Assembly: GCA_000320545.1 (NCBI GenBank)
Contig: ADNK01000532.1
Location: 51,961 to 115,960 of the forward strand
Source: Bigelowiella natans CCMP2755
Taxonomy: Eukaryota; Protista; Cercozoa
DNA length: 64,000 bases
Direction: 5' to 3'
The translations under genes were made by a program, and so were the position numbers. The stretch's first letter is position 1. Every line of letters starts with the position of its first letter. Shown here piece after piece: positions 1 to 12,676 of this stretch. The notes under the pieces are model-generated. The model ran no database searches, was not told where the DNA came from, and was given only the letters and a program-made list of their open reading frames with translations.

Positions 1-3000
1 CCCTATTTTCTGCCAAATTGTTTGCATCGGCTGAGTAGGGAGACAAGAGACAGCCATGTTCGCTGTAAGTGCGGACAAATCCAAACAAGGAGACCCGCAG
101 CTGTTGTTACCCCCCGAAATCGGACGCATTGAAGGTTTTAGGAACGACGAAAGAGATTAGGCGGGGGTTGCTGGAGTAGGAACAAAATGATACTTCAGAG
201 AATCCATGTTTCTATCCCTATTTTTTGATGATGATGATGAGAAATTATAGTCACGGATTTGCTCACACCTACATCAGTAAAACGTGCCTGGGGGAGCAAT
301 GTCCCGACCCCGGACTTTACGCCTCGTGACTCAATTAGACTGCCTTTTACTCCGCGCAAGCCCCTGTTGGAGCCTAGAGGACTACGAGGAATGGAACCTG
401 ATGCACCAGCTACTCCTCGACCTACAGATGAAGAAATCGAAGCAGCTGGAGGTGCAAAGCGGGACCGGAGAAAACGTATTAGTATGATCAATCATCCCCT
501 TCCCAGACCAAGGCGACTAAAAAGGCTTTCAGAATCAACCGTTGCCGATAGGAAGAAGCCCCACGCCACAAATGAGAGGAAAGGAGCGAAGAAGCGGATC
601 AAGTATCGAAAAAGAGATTTTAGGTGAGGAAGGAAAAAATAGAGGGGGGCGGGGGAGAGGAGAGAAGCAGGAGAGTTGGTGGCATTGAAAGAGAACTTAT
701 TACAGTTGGTTTCTTTAACATACCAAGACTCCTATTCAAACGAGAAGACAGGGTTCTAGGACCAGGGTAATTTATGCTAAAACTAATTATGTTGATGAAA
801 AATCTGATTTCTGAAGCAGATATCATTTAAATGTACTCAGATATTACACTCCGCATTCTGCACGTAGAGCGGTGAGTCCATCAATATTCTTTCAGAAGGA
901 GGGAAACAGCGGGAAGATACATTCTATAACCACGATGCACATCCCTGCATACTGCGTCGAATATCATTCCTAAATAGCAACGTGTAATTTAAACATTTTT
1001 ATAGATTCCAGCTACGAAGATGGTTGCAAACGACCCGGTGATTATCGTTCCCACCCATCCTTCATCTCCAGCCAACATTCTAGATCCTGCCCAGTCACAT
1101 CTCCCAAGCTCCTCTCGAATACCTGCACGCCAGCGTGCACCGAGACCACCCCCTAGTGCCAAAGAAATTATCCATAGGTCACTCAAGACTAATGATGGAG
1201 GAACTAATGTTGAACGATAAGGCCTTTTATTTTCTTCGGACAGAATTTTGAAGGTGCCACCCTCGGAGCGCGCTTTGCATGACATAGAGAAAGCATCAAA
1301 CCAGCAACAGGGCGCCAGAGGATTAAAGAAGCGGTCAACCGCCGTAGTATTTTCGGAGTCCAACAAAGCCAAGAAGGGTGGCATCTCAACTCCGGGACCC
1401 AAAATGGAAGGGAATCATCCCGCCTCCAGCCTCAACCAGAGGTGATTTATCTATGCCTAAGTTAAACTTTTACAAATTATAGGATGCGTAATGCAATTAG
1501 AGATCACTAGCAATGATATATTTTGCACTGCATGAAATACTTCTCTTTCAATACCGGATTCCTATGTCCCTAAGGAAAGAACATGCAGTTCATATGTCCT
1601 GTGTCTGTTGTAGGCTCAAGGAAGAGAGGACTATTTCCGCTCTCGCAGAACTCGAACGAGTGAATTCCGATGTTGTCTATGTACCACCAGGCTTGGCAGA
1701 CGAGATGGCCCCAACAAGTTTCAATTCGCGCGTGGCTGCGCGAATGAGGCAATTAAAGCCTGCGACAAGCTCTAAATTTAAGCCTCCACAGAAACTTAGA
1801 TTACAGACCGCAGCGACGATATTTATCGACACCTCTGGTATCGTGCAGTTGAACAAATTGAAGTGCTAATCGTAGTACTAGCAGTGTTGGTGTTAGATAA
1901 AAGTAAAGACAACTGTAGCTGCAAAACTGCCAAGTAGAAGATGCGTGAGTAATATTCATGCCCCATTCTATCCTCTCCTCCCCTCTTTCTGTGTGGTGAC
2001 ATAGGATACGGCTCTGGTTTTGGTGAAGGGGTGTCAAGCACGCGATTTGCTGAATGTCCTATGATCCCCCGGTTTGTCTGTGTTCTTTAAAGTTTACGAG
2101 TTACAATTATGATTCTGATAATGTCTCTACATAAAACTAGGGACAAATAACAAGAATCCTCATTTTCTGATTTAATTCTTTCTTGGCCAATGATATTTAA
2201 ACCAACTCTAGCGGTTTCGCGGGCATTGGTGAGCGACTGGGCGTCGGGGCAAATGTGAAGAAAAACATCTCGACTCAAGGCACGCTGACACCATCAACAC
2301 TAAGAAAGCGCATGAGAAATCGTGCTCGTGGTCTCAAGAAAAAGGCGTCAGCTGTGGCGAGTCGGGCTATGAACATAGAGCGCAAGCGTGAGAGAAAAAG
2401 AGAGACGAGCGCCAGGAAGAAGCAGATAGCTTTGAAAAGTGCCAGCAAGGCCCGGAAGACGCCCCTGGGCAAGCGAACTCCAGATGGCCGGCGACTGAGG
2501 TGGATGATTGCTTGTGCAACAATATTAAGGATTAGGTTTTGGGGCGCGGCTGCGATAAGAAGACAAGAATATAGGAGGCAGGTTAAGGCTGCTGTTAAAA
2601 TACAAAAAATGCTCTACAGATACCGCTTACGGAGGGCATTTCGACGGATTCAGATTGTCAAGCGGTTTATCAATAGGCTTGTCAATCGAAGGCGTATCAC
2701 TAAGATCCTGAAACCCCGCATCGCATCGAAAAGCATTGCTGCACACCGTATCTCTTCTTTTCTACTCTTCTCGTTTCCCCGTCGACAGTCATTGAGGGTC
2801 ATAGAGACAGGAAGGAGAGTGAGAAGGAGGATTCTGATCATCCAGAGGGCATATCGTCGCTTTCGTATTAGGAAGATCTGGCATGTAGCAATAATAGTAA
2901 TGCAACAATGGGCGTTCCAATGGTCTCTGGCGCGTCTCCACACAAAAGAGGATTTAGTCGTGGCTAAGAGTCAAGCTGAAGTTGAGGAGATTCAAAACCA

Positions 3001-3467
3001 GAGGCACACTGAACTTAAAGAATCCGGGGAACTCGAAAAGGCTGACTCCAACATGTGGTACGTGCTTCACAACATGCCACGATGCCGCTCGCAACCGCGA
3101 TGCTTTGATTTTAAGATAGGAAACAATTTTCCGGGAAGTTTTAGATGCAGTTGCATGATGTTTCATGGCACCCAACTACTCGTAAACATTCTGCAGGTAC
3201 ATGGCTACGTGTTGGTGGCTGGGAATTCTGAGAAAAGAATGTGAGAGAATGGGAAAATACGAGCTCATGGTGAAACAGTGGGAGAGCGATGTTGATCAAG
3301 GCTTTGAAGTCGAAGAGCTCCCTCCGCGTCCAACCACCCCGTGTTTTCTTAGCACCAAAAAATTGCGTGCCAATGCACATGCGGTCCAAGGAATGACAAG
3401 CTCATGGCAAGAAATCGCTAGGTTGCATCATTCAGCCATGGGAATCAATGAAAACATGCAAACTTGA
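1..3467 (+). CDS. Spliced, basic, IQ-motif-containing protein (5' end uncertain or outside the window)
   Basis: ORF blocks 259-627, 1248-1445, 1513-1869, 2255-3244 and 3201-3467 are bounded by GT-AG introns. In-frame joins were checked for the 3' part (TSG|GYGSGFG..PR|GFAGIG..NISTQ; NMW|YMATCWW). IQ-like motifs are AAVKIQKMLYRYRLRR and ILIIQRAYRRFRIRK. Confidence 0.6.
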
Positions 3468-4690
3468 ATCAACATGACAAAAATCTGCTCAATGTTGCAG
3501 GTCCACCATGACAGAGATGAAATTGTCACTTTCACTTCGGATGGCCGTGCTCAGTGTGTTGGTCATTGCATGCCACCAATCTCAGCGCTCTGCTGGCAGA
3601 TGGCATCTGTCATGCTAGCATGTGCAAATGGACCGCAAAGTGTCCAATCTAGCAATGTGGCACAAAACGCTTGTCACACATTGCGGATGGCTGTCCGGTG
3701 GCCTAGTGGCATTGGTTTGCATGCGCTTCAAAGTTGGCGACGCGTGCGTTTGCACACACACTGACATGCCATGCACATGCAAATCTCGCAGGTTGCATGC
3801 CGCAGACGCTCTGCACACACGCACTGCTACTACAGCTAGTGCTAGACTGTCCATGTGTCACGTCAGCATTTCCATTCCACACGCACACGCCTAGATGCGC
3901 GGCAAAGTGAAGCTGAGGCTTGTTTGCGCGCCATGCATGCTGTGAGCGCGTTCAATCAACATTGCCCGCATCGTCACACATGCATGGTCCATGCACTCGC
4001 AACGATCGCCAGATCGATGCGATGGTGCATGTGAAGGCACACACGTCAATTGTGCTTGCACCATCTGAAAAAGCTGCTCCTGAACAAAAGACCAAAGAAG
4101 GCAGTCCAGAAGAAGGCCGCTGCGTCCAAACTGAAGACGTTGGAGAATCGAAGAATGAGGCTGCTCCTTGGAACAGTGAACAATGAACAATGAACAATGA
4201 TGAAAAACCACATTTCCAAAATGTGACAAGACATTTGCAACGTGCGAAACGTGGTGCCTCGAACTGTCTTCAGTGAGGACTGCAACTGACAAACTTTTTT
4301 TTTTTTTCGAGCCTGTTCTCTGACAAAAGGAGGTGTGTGCTGATTGTCACCAACTCTTCCACACCCTTCAATTGAGGTAACTGAACGACCTCGTGCTTTT
4401 TCCGGGCGATTGTACGATCAACTGTCAACTGACCATTGTGAGTGCATGAGTGTGTGTGAAGTGATTCCAATGGTGCAGTTTCGCAAACACGGATCGCATC
4501 TAGAGCACTGGTCACCAAACATTTCCAAGAAGAAAAGCTAGATCCGTGAATTGCTTTTTTCCAGGTGAATTGTCCTTATCATGTCCGATGCATGTGCACT
4601 TCTTGCTCACCAAGTGTGCAGCGACTAGCAAAATGCACAGAAATTCACAGGAAACACAGGACAATTGGGGCAAAATCCATTTAGTTCGTT
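3352..4690. other. TpA-erased tract (CTAG spared)
   Basis: Hand count for 3352-4377: only 9 TA dinucleotides (7 CTAG, 2 CTAC). CpG is present. Confidence 0.9.
4171..4295 (+). repeat. Dispersed ~125-bp repeat, copy 1 (copy 2 inverted at 45290-45420)
   Basis: (GAACAAT)n-GATGA..ACATTTCCAAAA..CAAGACATTTG..GTGCGAAACG..GTGCCTCGAAC aligns to the reverse complement of 45290-45420. Confidence 0.85.
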
Positions 4691-5000
4691 TCACTTAGAT
4701 CTAGGTTAGATCTAGGTAAATTAACCTGTAACTGCTCATACAGGCATACAGGCTGGGCACCGGGTTCGAGGGAGGGATGGACGCGGGATTTGCTTCGCCC
4801 AGAGTAAAGAGGGCATTCGGCAAAGTCTGTAGGTTCTTTAGGCGTGTAACGAAAGACATCTATCATAATTGTAAATGGATCCAGAGATTCTCTGCAATGT
4901 TTAGCACGGGTATGTCAGCAATTACACCTATGTCCATGGTTGAACTTGAAATTTAGAATTTTTATTTTTCTGATGTGAATGCTGTGCGCATGATTATTGC

Positions 5001-6621
5001 GTGAGTAGACAAATCAATCGAAAGCAAATAAGCTATTTTCCGAGGTGTGATTTCCACGATTTTGTTCCAAATTGTGAAGGATGTGCTTTGAGAGTCACCG
5101 TTCTCATCATGGCATTGGCTTTGATCTTTAAATATATTGAGCCCAAGCCGGTCAACGTTAATGATTCGCGAATGGTCGATGAAAAGAGATTAGAACCCAA
5201 GCCGGTCAATGTAAATGATTCGCGAATGGTCGATGAAAAGAGATTAGAACCCAAGCCGGTCAATGTAAATGATTCGCGAATGGTCGATGAAAAGAGATTA
5301 GAACCCAAGCCGGTCAACGTATATGATTCGCGAATGGTCGATGAAAAGAGATTAGAACCTCCTCCTAAGGGAGTCAGCGCATCTTTGTACTTCAAGGAAC
5401 AGTGCGAGATAAGACAGAAGGAGCTGGGTGTTGCGAAGATTGACAACTGGCAGAAAACAATCCTTATTTTTACAGCAGCCCGCACCGGGAGCACCTTGCT
5501 TATGATGCTTCTAAATTGTGGTAAGAAATATTTCATTCAGGCCATCCTTCCTACATTCTAGAATAGGCAATATGCAAACTACATGAGCCTGATGCTAAAA
5601 AGACAGTGCAAACAGTGTGATTCTTTTCCAGCTATAATCTCTTTCGACTGGTTACTGCTTTTGTATGATTTTATAAACAAAACAGGTATTGCACCAGGTT
5701 GCGTAAGACACCCTCAAACGGGCGATTTCCAAGGCAATCCGGACGTGTTCATCGCCGGAGAGAGCGAAAACTTCCTAATGAAAATGTGGAGGTTAGGTGA
5801 AGAGACTGCCACGTTTCGTGACAGCGTCAAGAATCCGTTCTACGGGACACATCGAGACAATCAAATACCAGTCGATCAGTTACTTCTACTACTATGACAA
5901 CGACGATGACAAACTGCCATTGCATTTACTTACTGCTACCACTACCATATATAATTGCTATTCCCGTCATGTTTGTTACTCAATGGAGTTTCAACTCATT
6001 TTGTTGTTTGTAAATTGGTGCTCAACTTGTTTTTTTGATGGAAATAATTAATTATGCTGTGGTGTGTTCCATAAGATTCTTCCAACGCGATAACGGCTGC
6101 TATCGAGTCCTAGGAGCGAAGGAAATTCAATGGTTTGGGCACTTGCAACCCGATATGATCGATGTGCCGCAAACCGAAATGGCAATTAAATATCTTGAAT
6201 TCCTAAGCAAACGGACATGGGGTCTCAAGGTACGCGACCACAAAGCTCAGATTTATAAAGATTGCCATGGATGCTGTGACACATATTAAATTAGGTAATT
6301 TTCCTTGTGCGCAATCCTGAAGATCTGGCTAAGTCTGCTATTTGGCGTGACCTGAAAAATGGAGCAGAAATAGCAAAACAACACGTTGACTTTTTACATG
6401 AAGTTCATGCTCTAACCGTCATTAATCGTTACTATTCGAAAAGTATAGTCCAAAAATGTGGTGGGAAAAAGAAATGCCATAGCCTCGACACATTTTTGTT
6501 GGATTTCGATTCATTAAGACAAGGAGATGTAAAAGAGCTTTTCTCCTTCTTGGGAGAACATTATGATAGAAATCGTGTTCTTGATTTGCTGTCCGAGAAA
6601 GCAAGCTTTCCCACCTCTTGA
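5001..6621 (+). CDS. Type II membrane sulfotransferase-like protein (start uncertain, several introns)
   Basis: N-terminal hydrophobic anchor (VTVLIMALALIF), then a repeat stem, a 5'-PSB-like loop IFTAARTGSTLL, and LGAKEIQW. A 3'-PB-like VIFLVRNPEDLAKSAIW and C-terminal ELFSFLG follow. Stop at 6621. Confidence 0.7.
5139..5354 (+). repeat. Coding tandem repeat, 4 x 54 bp (EPKPVNVNDSRMVDEKRL)
   Basis: Units start at 5139, 5193, 5247 and 5301 and are near identical. Confidence 0.97.
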
Positions 6622-7099
6622 CTTTCAAAAAAAAAGGGAGTAAGGCATCAGGTTCTTCAGAGAGAAAGCCGAAGATTGAAACAGTAGCATAGTAAGCTGG
6701 TCGAATTTAGTTGTTCCCACATCATCAGCTAGGCGAAGATCCTAGGGTTGACACACATACAGCTGTGAAAGTGTTTTGAAGTGAGTTATGAAAAAAGTCC
6801 TGCGTATCCACGATGCATTACTTGGCATTATGATACGCTTAGTTAGCGCATGTGACATGATCAGAGATCACTTCTGTAGCTTCGATACGCTCAAAGTTAC
6901 ATGCTTGCATCGTATATATGGCGCACGATTTTTTTTCCACTGCAGCGCATTGCATGGCTTGCAACATTGTGCCAAGTTGGTTGTCCCAACTGCACGTACA
7001 CAGCTGTCCAATGCTGCGTTACGGCCACAGCACTTGCGTTGTATCTGCTTGTTTGCGTTGCCGCCATCATGTCTTTTATGCACGTACGTACGTACACGC

Positions 7100-7835
7100 T
7101 GAGACGGATGCAAGGTGATGTCAAAAAACATCAAAATTTTCCAACAGTCATCCTCATGTAGCTTTCTAGCTATGCAATGCCGCGGCTAGCTGCTTAAGTT
7201 GCACTTGTTTGTTTCAGCTATGTGTGCGTCATACACTTGCAAATCATCGATCAATGTCCTGTCGCATGTGGCGCGCCCCAGCACGCGTAATGCGGTGCGA
7301 ATTTATGAATTTCTTCATAATGCACATTGCACAATCGCGCGCTGCGTTGTACATTCGTGTTGTGCACGTGTGCATTACATATGCACATGTACGTAACACA
7401 TACGCTAGGATGTGTGTGACACGGTTACTGTTATAGTTATTCTGAATCATCAAGCATTATGGACACGCAAAGTCTACAGCATAGCGTGCGTGCATGCACG
7501 TGTGACACTGACTGCACCAATGCCTTCATGTGCATGTGCCTTTTCTCATGCACACACAATGCCATTCATTTCCACACATACACCAAACAATTCCACTGAA
7601 CCTATATTTCAGCGAAATAACAGATGCATGCGCTACTCATGTGATAATTAATAGTATAGTGCATGTGTGTAGAGATATGAAGTCTATTATTATTAGCATA
7701 CGACCTTGCATGATATAACACATGCAGCTAAAGTCAAAGCGCTTCAAAAACGTACACACACACCGCTGCATTGCACAGCTACATGAGGATGACCATTGAA
7801 CAATTTAATTTGATTGATTACATCGATCCGTCTTA
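7100..7835. mobile_element. Non-autonomous TIR element (TGAGACGGATG family)
   Basis: Left end TGAGACGGATG..GTCATCCTCATGTAGCT..TGCAATGC.GCGG (7100-7185) is an inverted match to the right end CCGCTGCATTGCACAGCTACATGAGGATGAC..ATCCGTCTTA (7763-7835). No transposase ORF. Confidence 0.65.
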
Positions 7836-7925
7836 CACATGGAATCACATGCGAATGTATGTGCATTGGCTCATGACTGTGCAACGATAATAAACCTTTT
7901 CAACGTGTCATTGTGAACAATGACG

Positions 7926-7927
<2 letters not shown>

Positions 7928-7996
<69 letters not shown>
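7928..7996. repeat. Compound (TA)n(TG)n microsatellite
   Basis: Directly visible. Confidence 0.95.
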
Positions 7997-7997
<1 letters not shown>

Positions 7998-8329
7998 TAT
8001 ATTTGTATCATGGAGCTCTTGTGTGTGTATTCGGCCGCGTGGAGCAGTTCGCCATGCAACTACAAAAACGCGCCAGTGGGCGCAATCTAGAATCTTGTTA
8101 TGCTCAATAATACAAAATCGAGTTGAGAGACCACACAGAGTAAAGATGTTCGGCAAATATTTATAGGATAGTAGATTAAGTGAATCAAACGACTACAGCA
8201 TGCAGCTCTGCCGACCTTGCAGATCCAGCAAGTGACTAATGTAATTTGATGGATTGGTTGCGGCATGCGAGAATTTGGAATTCATCCAGATGGAAATTAG
8301 ACAAATTCTCATCCGATCTGTAGGCATCA

Positions 8330-9108
8330 TTATTTTCTGAGTTCCGAGACGCATTTTTGGTAGGAGTTCATAAGGCCAGCGCACTCTAAACTGGATTTAC
8401 GAGGTGTTAAGCTGTGCTTGCTGAATTTAGATTAGGAGGCAAGTCAATACACAGAGTCTTTGTTCGAACAATTCAAAGTACCTGTAGCATTGTAAGATAT
8501 CATACTCTTCCTTAGTACAAGTAGCTGCCACCAACTCTTCGTGATAGTTATGCTCCAGCTGAGAAAACATACCGTGCAAGTCAGTAAAATCAACTAACCC
8601 TCAAAGCATTTCACCTTCCCGAATTTATCTTTCAATTCGTGTATCATCCTTGTTTCCTGATTAATTTTTAATTAGAGTAGGAAATATAAATGGAGACATT
8701 TTTGAAACCTGCTGATCTTCCACCGTATCAAGTGAAAATCGAGGATCTTCTTCATGGTCGTCCGGTGCTGTTCCGACAGTCGCTCCGATTTTGCCTCCTA
8801 TTCTGTGCCGCTGTTTCCCTGCCTGGAACAAATACTACATCATAATGGTTATATTTCAATTATTTCAGAAGTTATACCCCGATGTATTCTTCAAACTGCT
8901 GTAGGAGGACAGGAGAGACCTACGGAATAGCAACCATAAGTCATTGATTTTTCGTGATTCTGTTTAGCTGGAAGTGAAACTCAGTTCCTCTTTCTACCCA
9001 GATTCGTGGCGGTCGTTCTAGGCCTCTTGCTTTTGCGACGCGACTATGAGCTGCTGACACTCCGGCTGCTGCAGCAAGCGCGATGAAGCGAGCACGCACT
9101 GCTGCCAT
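8330..9108 (-). CDS. Twin-CX9C (CHCH) mitochondrial intermembrane-space protein, Mic19/CHCHD3-like; 6 exons
   Basis: Manual splice, all GT-AG and in frame: MAAVRARFIALAAAAG..PRIW|VSPVLLQQFEEYIG|AGKQ..EDQQ|ETRMIHELKDKFGK|LEHNYHEELVAATCTKEEYDILQCYS|KHSLTPRKSSLECAGLMNSYQKCVSELRK*. Missing from the ORF track. Confidence 0.8.
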
Positions 9109-9299
9109 TTCTGGTGATAGACCTGCTGGAATTTAATTCCAAAAATGGCAATTCTGCTTTGTCGCAGAAACTAAATTTCTGACTTTCGCGACTGGGTCGC
9201 CTCGCAATTCTTTCTTCCAGAAGTGTGACGAAAATTTCGAAGGATTTTCCTACGTAATTAATTTTACTACAAATTGATGTTGGATGTTTCAGGGCAGGA

Positions 9300-11827
9300 A
9301 TTACATGACCGCTGGAGTTTTCGCATCATCGTGTAAACATCCTAGGAAAAAGTTCTACTCCTCATCAACAGTCGTCTGCACCATCCAGATACGAGATAAC
9401 TGGGAAAACTGATCGTGATTTCCGAAGCATGTCTCTCTACTTAGATTCGAGAGGGATCAAGACATGAAACAGCACATTTTAGTTGTCGTAGGAAAGAATA
9501 TCCCAAACATGTGAACTTTGCTTCGATACGGAGCGGGGAAAAACAAAACCAGTTACATTTTATACACTTAAATTATAATATGCGACGTCAATTTGGTGTT
9601 GTCGTTCGATTTTTATGTAATGGAATTACCCCATCTGAGGCATCCGCAACGTCTGATTTGTGACTTACATTTTGTTCTTGGTGATTGTGACGATGTTGCT
9701 TGGCCTGTGGGGGGAGATTGATAGATGCACCATCTGGCCTTTTAGAGAGAGTCCAATAGATCAAATGCAGATAAATAATGACAGAGAGAGATTTTATGTA
9801 CTCATAAGGCCGAATAAGCGCCCACCCGAAACTAGGAATCATCATAACATATCATACATTACCTCACGGGAGAACGTGATACTGATGTTGCAGCTGGATC
9901 GAATCCAAACTGAAGGACTCATTCGGTACCCCAACCTGGTTGCAAGTCCCCACTGGGAACAACTGAAAAATGTCTATGGAAGCGATTCCCGGTGAAACAA
10001 AAGGCACGCTGGTATTAATTTTTTTAAGTGTGGAGATATTTGGTCCTCTTCCTAAGCTGAGGCTTGATGGTTATGACACAGAATTCTAGGGCCAGACATG
10101 GACAGCATGGAACTGGTTGCTGTGGTCGCATGGGAAATTGTTGGGACTGCTTCTGCAACACACTAATTGCCCCTCATGAAGGTGTTGATCACTCCCGAGA
10201 AGACTAACGATGCCCGTGTTCGTAGTAAATAGAACACAATTTAACGAACAATGAGCAGAAAATTTCAGTTTTCCGTTTTATGTCGGTCTCAAAAATTTTA
10301 CCCTACGATAGAGAGCTTTGTTCCAGTGAGATGCCCTCCGAGGAAGTATATTCTCTCGCGTTTCCTGGCCCGCATTGACCCTAACGCCTACAACCCGTTC
10401 GATGAATTCTACTCTCTCCACGAAGCATATGCCCTTCCGCTCATCGGATTCATAATTACCCTGTTCGGTTTCTTCCTCGTGGCTTTCTATTTGTTTCTTC
10501 AGTACAGCAAGTGAGGAGCATTTCAAATTTTAAGGCCGAACCTTCAACAAAGAAGTCAAATTTCCAACTTTTTAAGAGATTTCAGTGGCAATTTCCTGTG
10601 GTGTGGCCCGACGGCCTGGCTAGAAGGAAGACATCAAACTTCTATCGCGGCGTTTCTTTTCTTTTTTTCGTTCTCCTTGTAATTCATCCCCTTTGATGTT
10701 GCAATCTTCCTTTTTTATTTTATTCTTCGATTAGATGTACTTATTTTACTCAACGTTGCCATTAGTTTCGCAGCGGGTTTCAGCCCGAACCATTCCTTTA
10801 CCTCTGAGGTTGACGGAACCTATGAAGCAAAGCTAGGGGGATGCGCCGATTCCAGTAGTCTTAGTGATTGCGATGAGACCGTGAGGGGGAACATATTCGT
10901 AGCGTTCATGCTTTCCAGTGGCCAGTACCTTGCACCTTCGGCCGCTGGTTTCGCACTCAACTTTACCGTCGAGTATCAATCGGTATCTAGATCTAATATA
11001 TCAAAACCGATCGAACAAGAGAAGAGGAGGAGTAGGAGGAGGAGGAGTAGGAGGAGGAGGAGTAGGAGGAGGAGGAGGAAGAGCTAAGACGGGGATGAGG
11101 AAGGGAGAACAGAATCATCGTTACTTCTAGATGGCCTCACACATCCATCCATTCCGTTCTCTTGAATATGTTATCAGCTTAATGGAACGACGGCCAAAGT
11201 GTATGATTTACCAGCTACAAGCGCTAGCTCAGCATCTCTCCTCGGAAATCAGTTTTCACGACCCGGTGAGTCGTCTCCAGCTTTCTCATCATCATCATCA
11301 TCATCGTCGTCGTCACCATCATCGCTCATTTAGTAGCCACAATAGAGGACTGGTTGTTTTAGGCCTTATGATGTTCATCATAAGGCCTTCAACCGTAAAT
11401 ATCTGTATTAACACCCAGGAAGCTCTTAGTTAGATGAAACTATTCCGCAACATGCAACGACTTCTGAAAGACGAAGATCGAGATTCCCTACGACTCATGG
11501 ACACATATGATGCTTGTTTTGCAAAATCCCACCTGTACTGAGAGAGAAGCGATCTTTCATTATTGACTCGTCCAGTGCAGAGCCCCTTCTCATTCCTCTG
11601 CCACTGGCGATTGATTATGTTACAGTCTGGTACCTTGAATCGGACACGCAGGCCTTCCTTCAACGCTCGATCTCGCTGGATACGTCAGTGGATCATAGGA
11701 TCGTTCAAATCGTCGCCACGCCTACAGACAGCAGTTACTCCAACCTCACGCAGACTCTAGCGGGAGGCAGCTTCGAGATTTATCGTAATGAATGGCACTT
11801 ATCTCTAATTCAAAAAAATGGATATGT

Positions 11828-11891
<64 letters not shown>

Positions 11892-12640
11892 CGTACCCCC
11901 TTGCAGACGCTGATCAGTTTCTCTTCTTCTCTTTCCTTCGTTGTCCTTGTCTGGCATCTTTGATGCTCGCCTCATAGCTGTGAAAAAACGATAAGTGTGT
12001 TTTGAGCGTGCGTGGATGCAATAATGGGTGTGCGAGCGCCCATCCTCTCACCGCCGCCTCTTTCTTGCGTGCGAATAAATCTTCCTCCCTGTGTGCTTTC
12101 CAGAATACATCGCTGGATCGACTAGTATCAAAGAAGTTGAGCTCATTACGAACCCAAAGTAGGAAGCAAGGAACGAAGAAAAGGGGGGGGGGGTGGGGGG
12201 GTTGTATGATCACAGCCACGTTAGATCTGTGACTAATTTCGTTTGCTTTCTGATGGATTTTATCTTAGACATTGGAGGATAACACGGTGGCCATGGGTAG
12301 CGGATCAGGTACTGCGAATAATAGCACACACCGAAGATGTGTCCTCCCCCACAATAAGAACAACGCTACAATGTCCGCACCGATCAACTCCGAACAGCAG
12401 AATAATTATACACGTAGTAGATAACCACAAATATCATCCTTTTTCTTTTGAGATGAAATAGAACGAGCTACTATCCTTTCACTTCTCTGTTTTGCTGCTT
12501 CCACAACAGTAACCACCACCACCACCACTCACTACCACCACCCACCATTAGGTGCAATTGGTCCAGCTCAACTACATGAGGAAAACCGTACGTTTCACGA
12601 GCCGGTATAATAACTGCATCATACTTCTAAAAAAACAATC

Positions 12641-12676
<36 letters not shown>

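Noticed and set aside
3474-4694. Many Cys/His/Met-rich ORFs in the tracts (also at 6.8-7.7, 14.8-15.5, 44.8-47.5 and 56.4-56.8 kb)
   Set aside because: Loss of TA removes TAA and most TAG stops and Tyr codons, so spurious open frames arise on all six frames.
5139-5354. CRISPR-like appearance of the repeats here and at 41275-41473
   Set aside because: The units are contiguous with no unique spacers, there are no cas genes, and the context is eukaryotic.
7928-7996. Compound (TA)n(TG)n and (CA)n(TA)n arrays as conversion intermediates (also ~11830 and ~57605)
   Set aside because: Such compound microsatellites are common in eukaryotes and are regenerated by slippage; not diagnostic.
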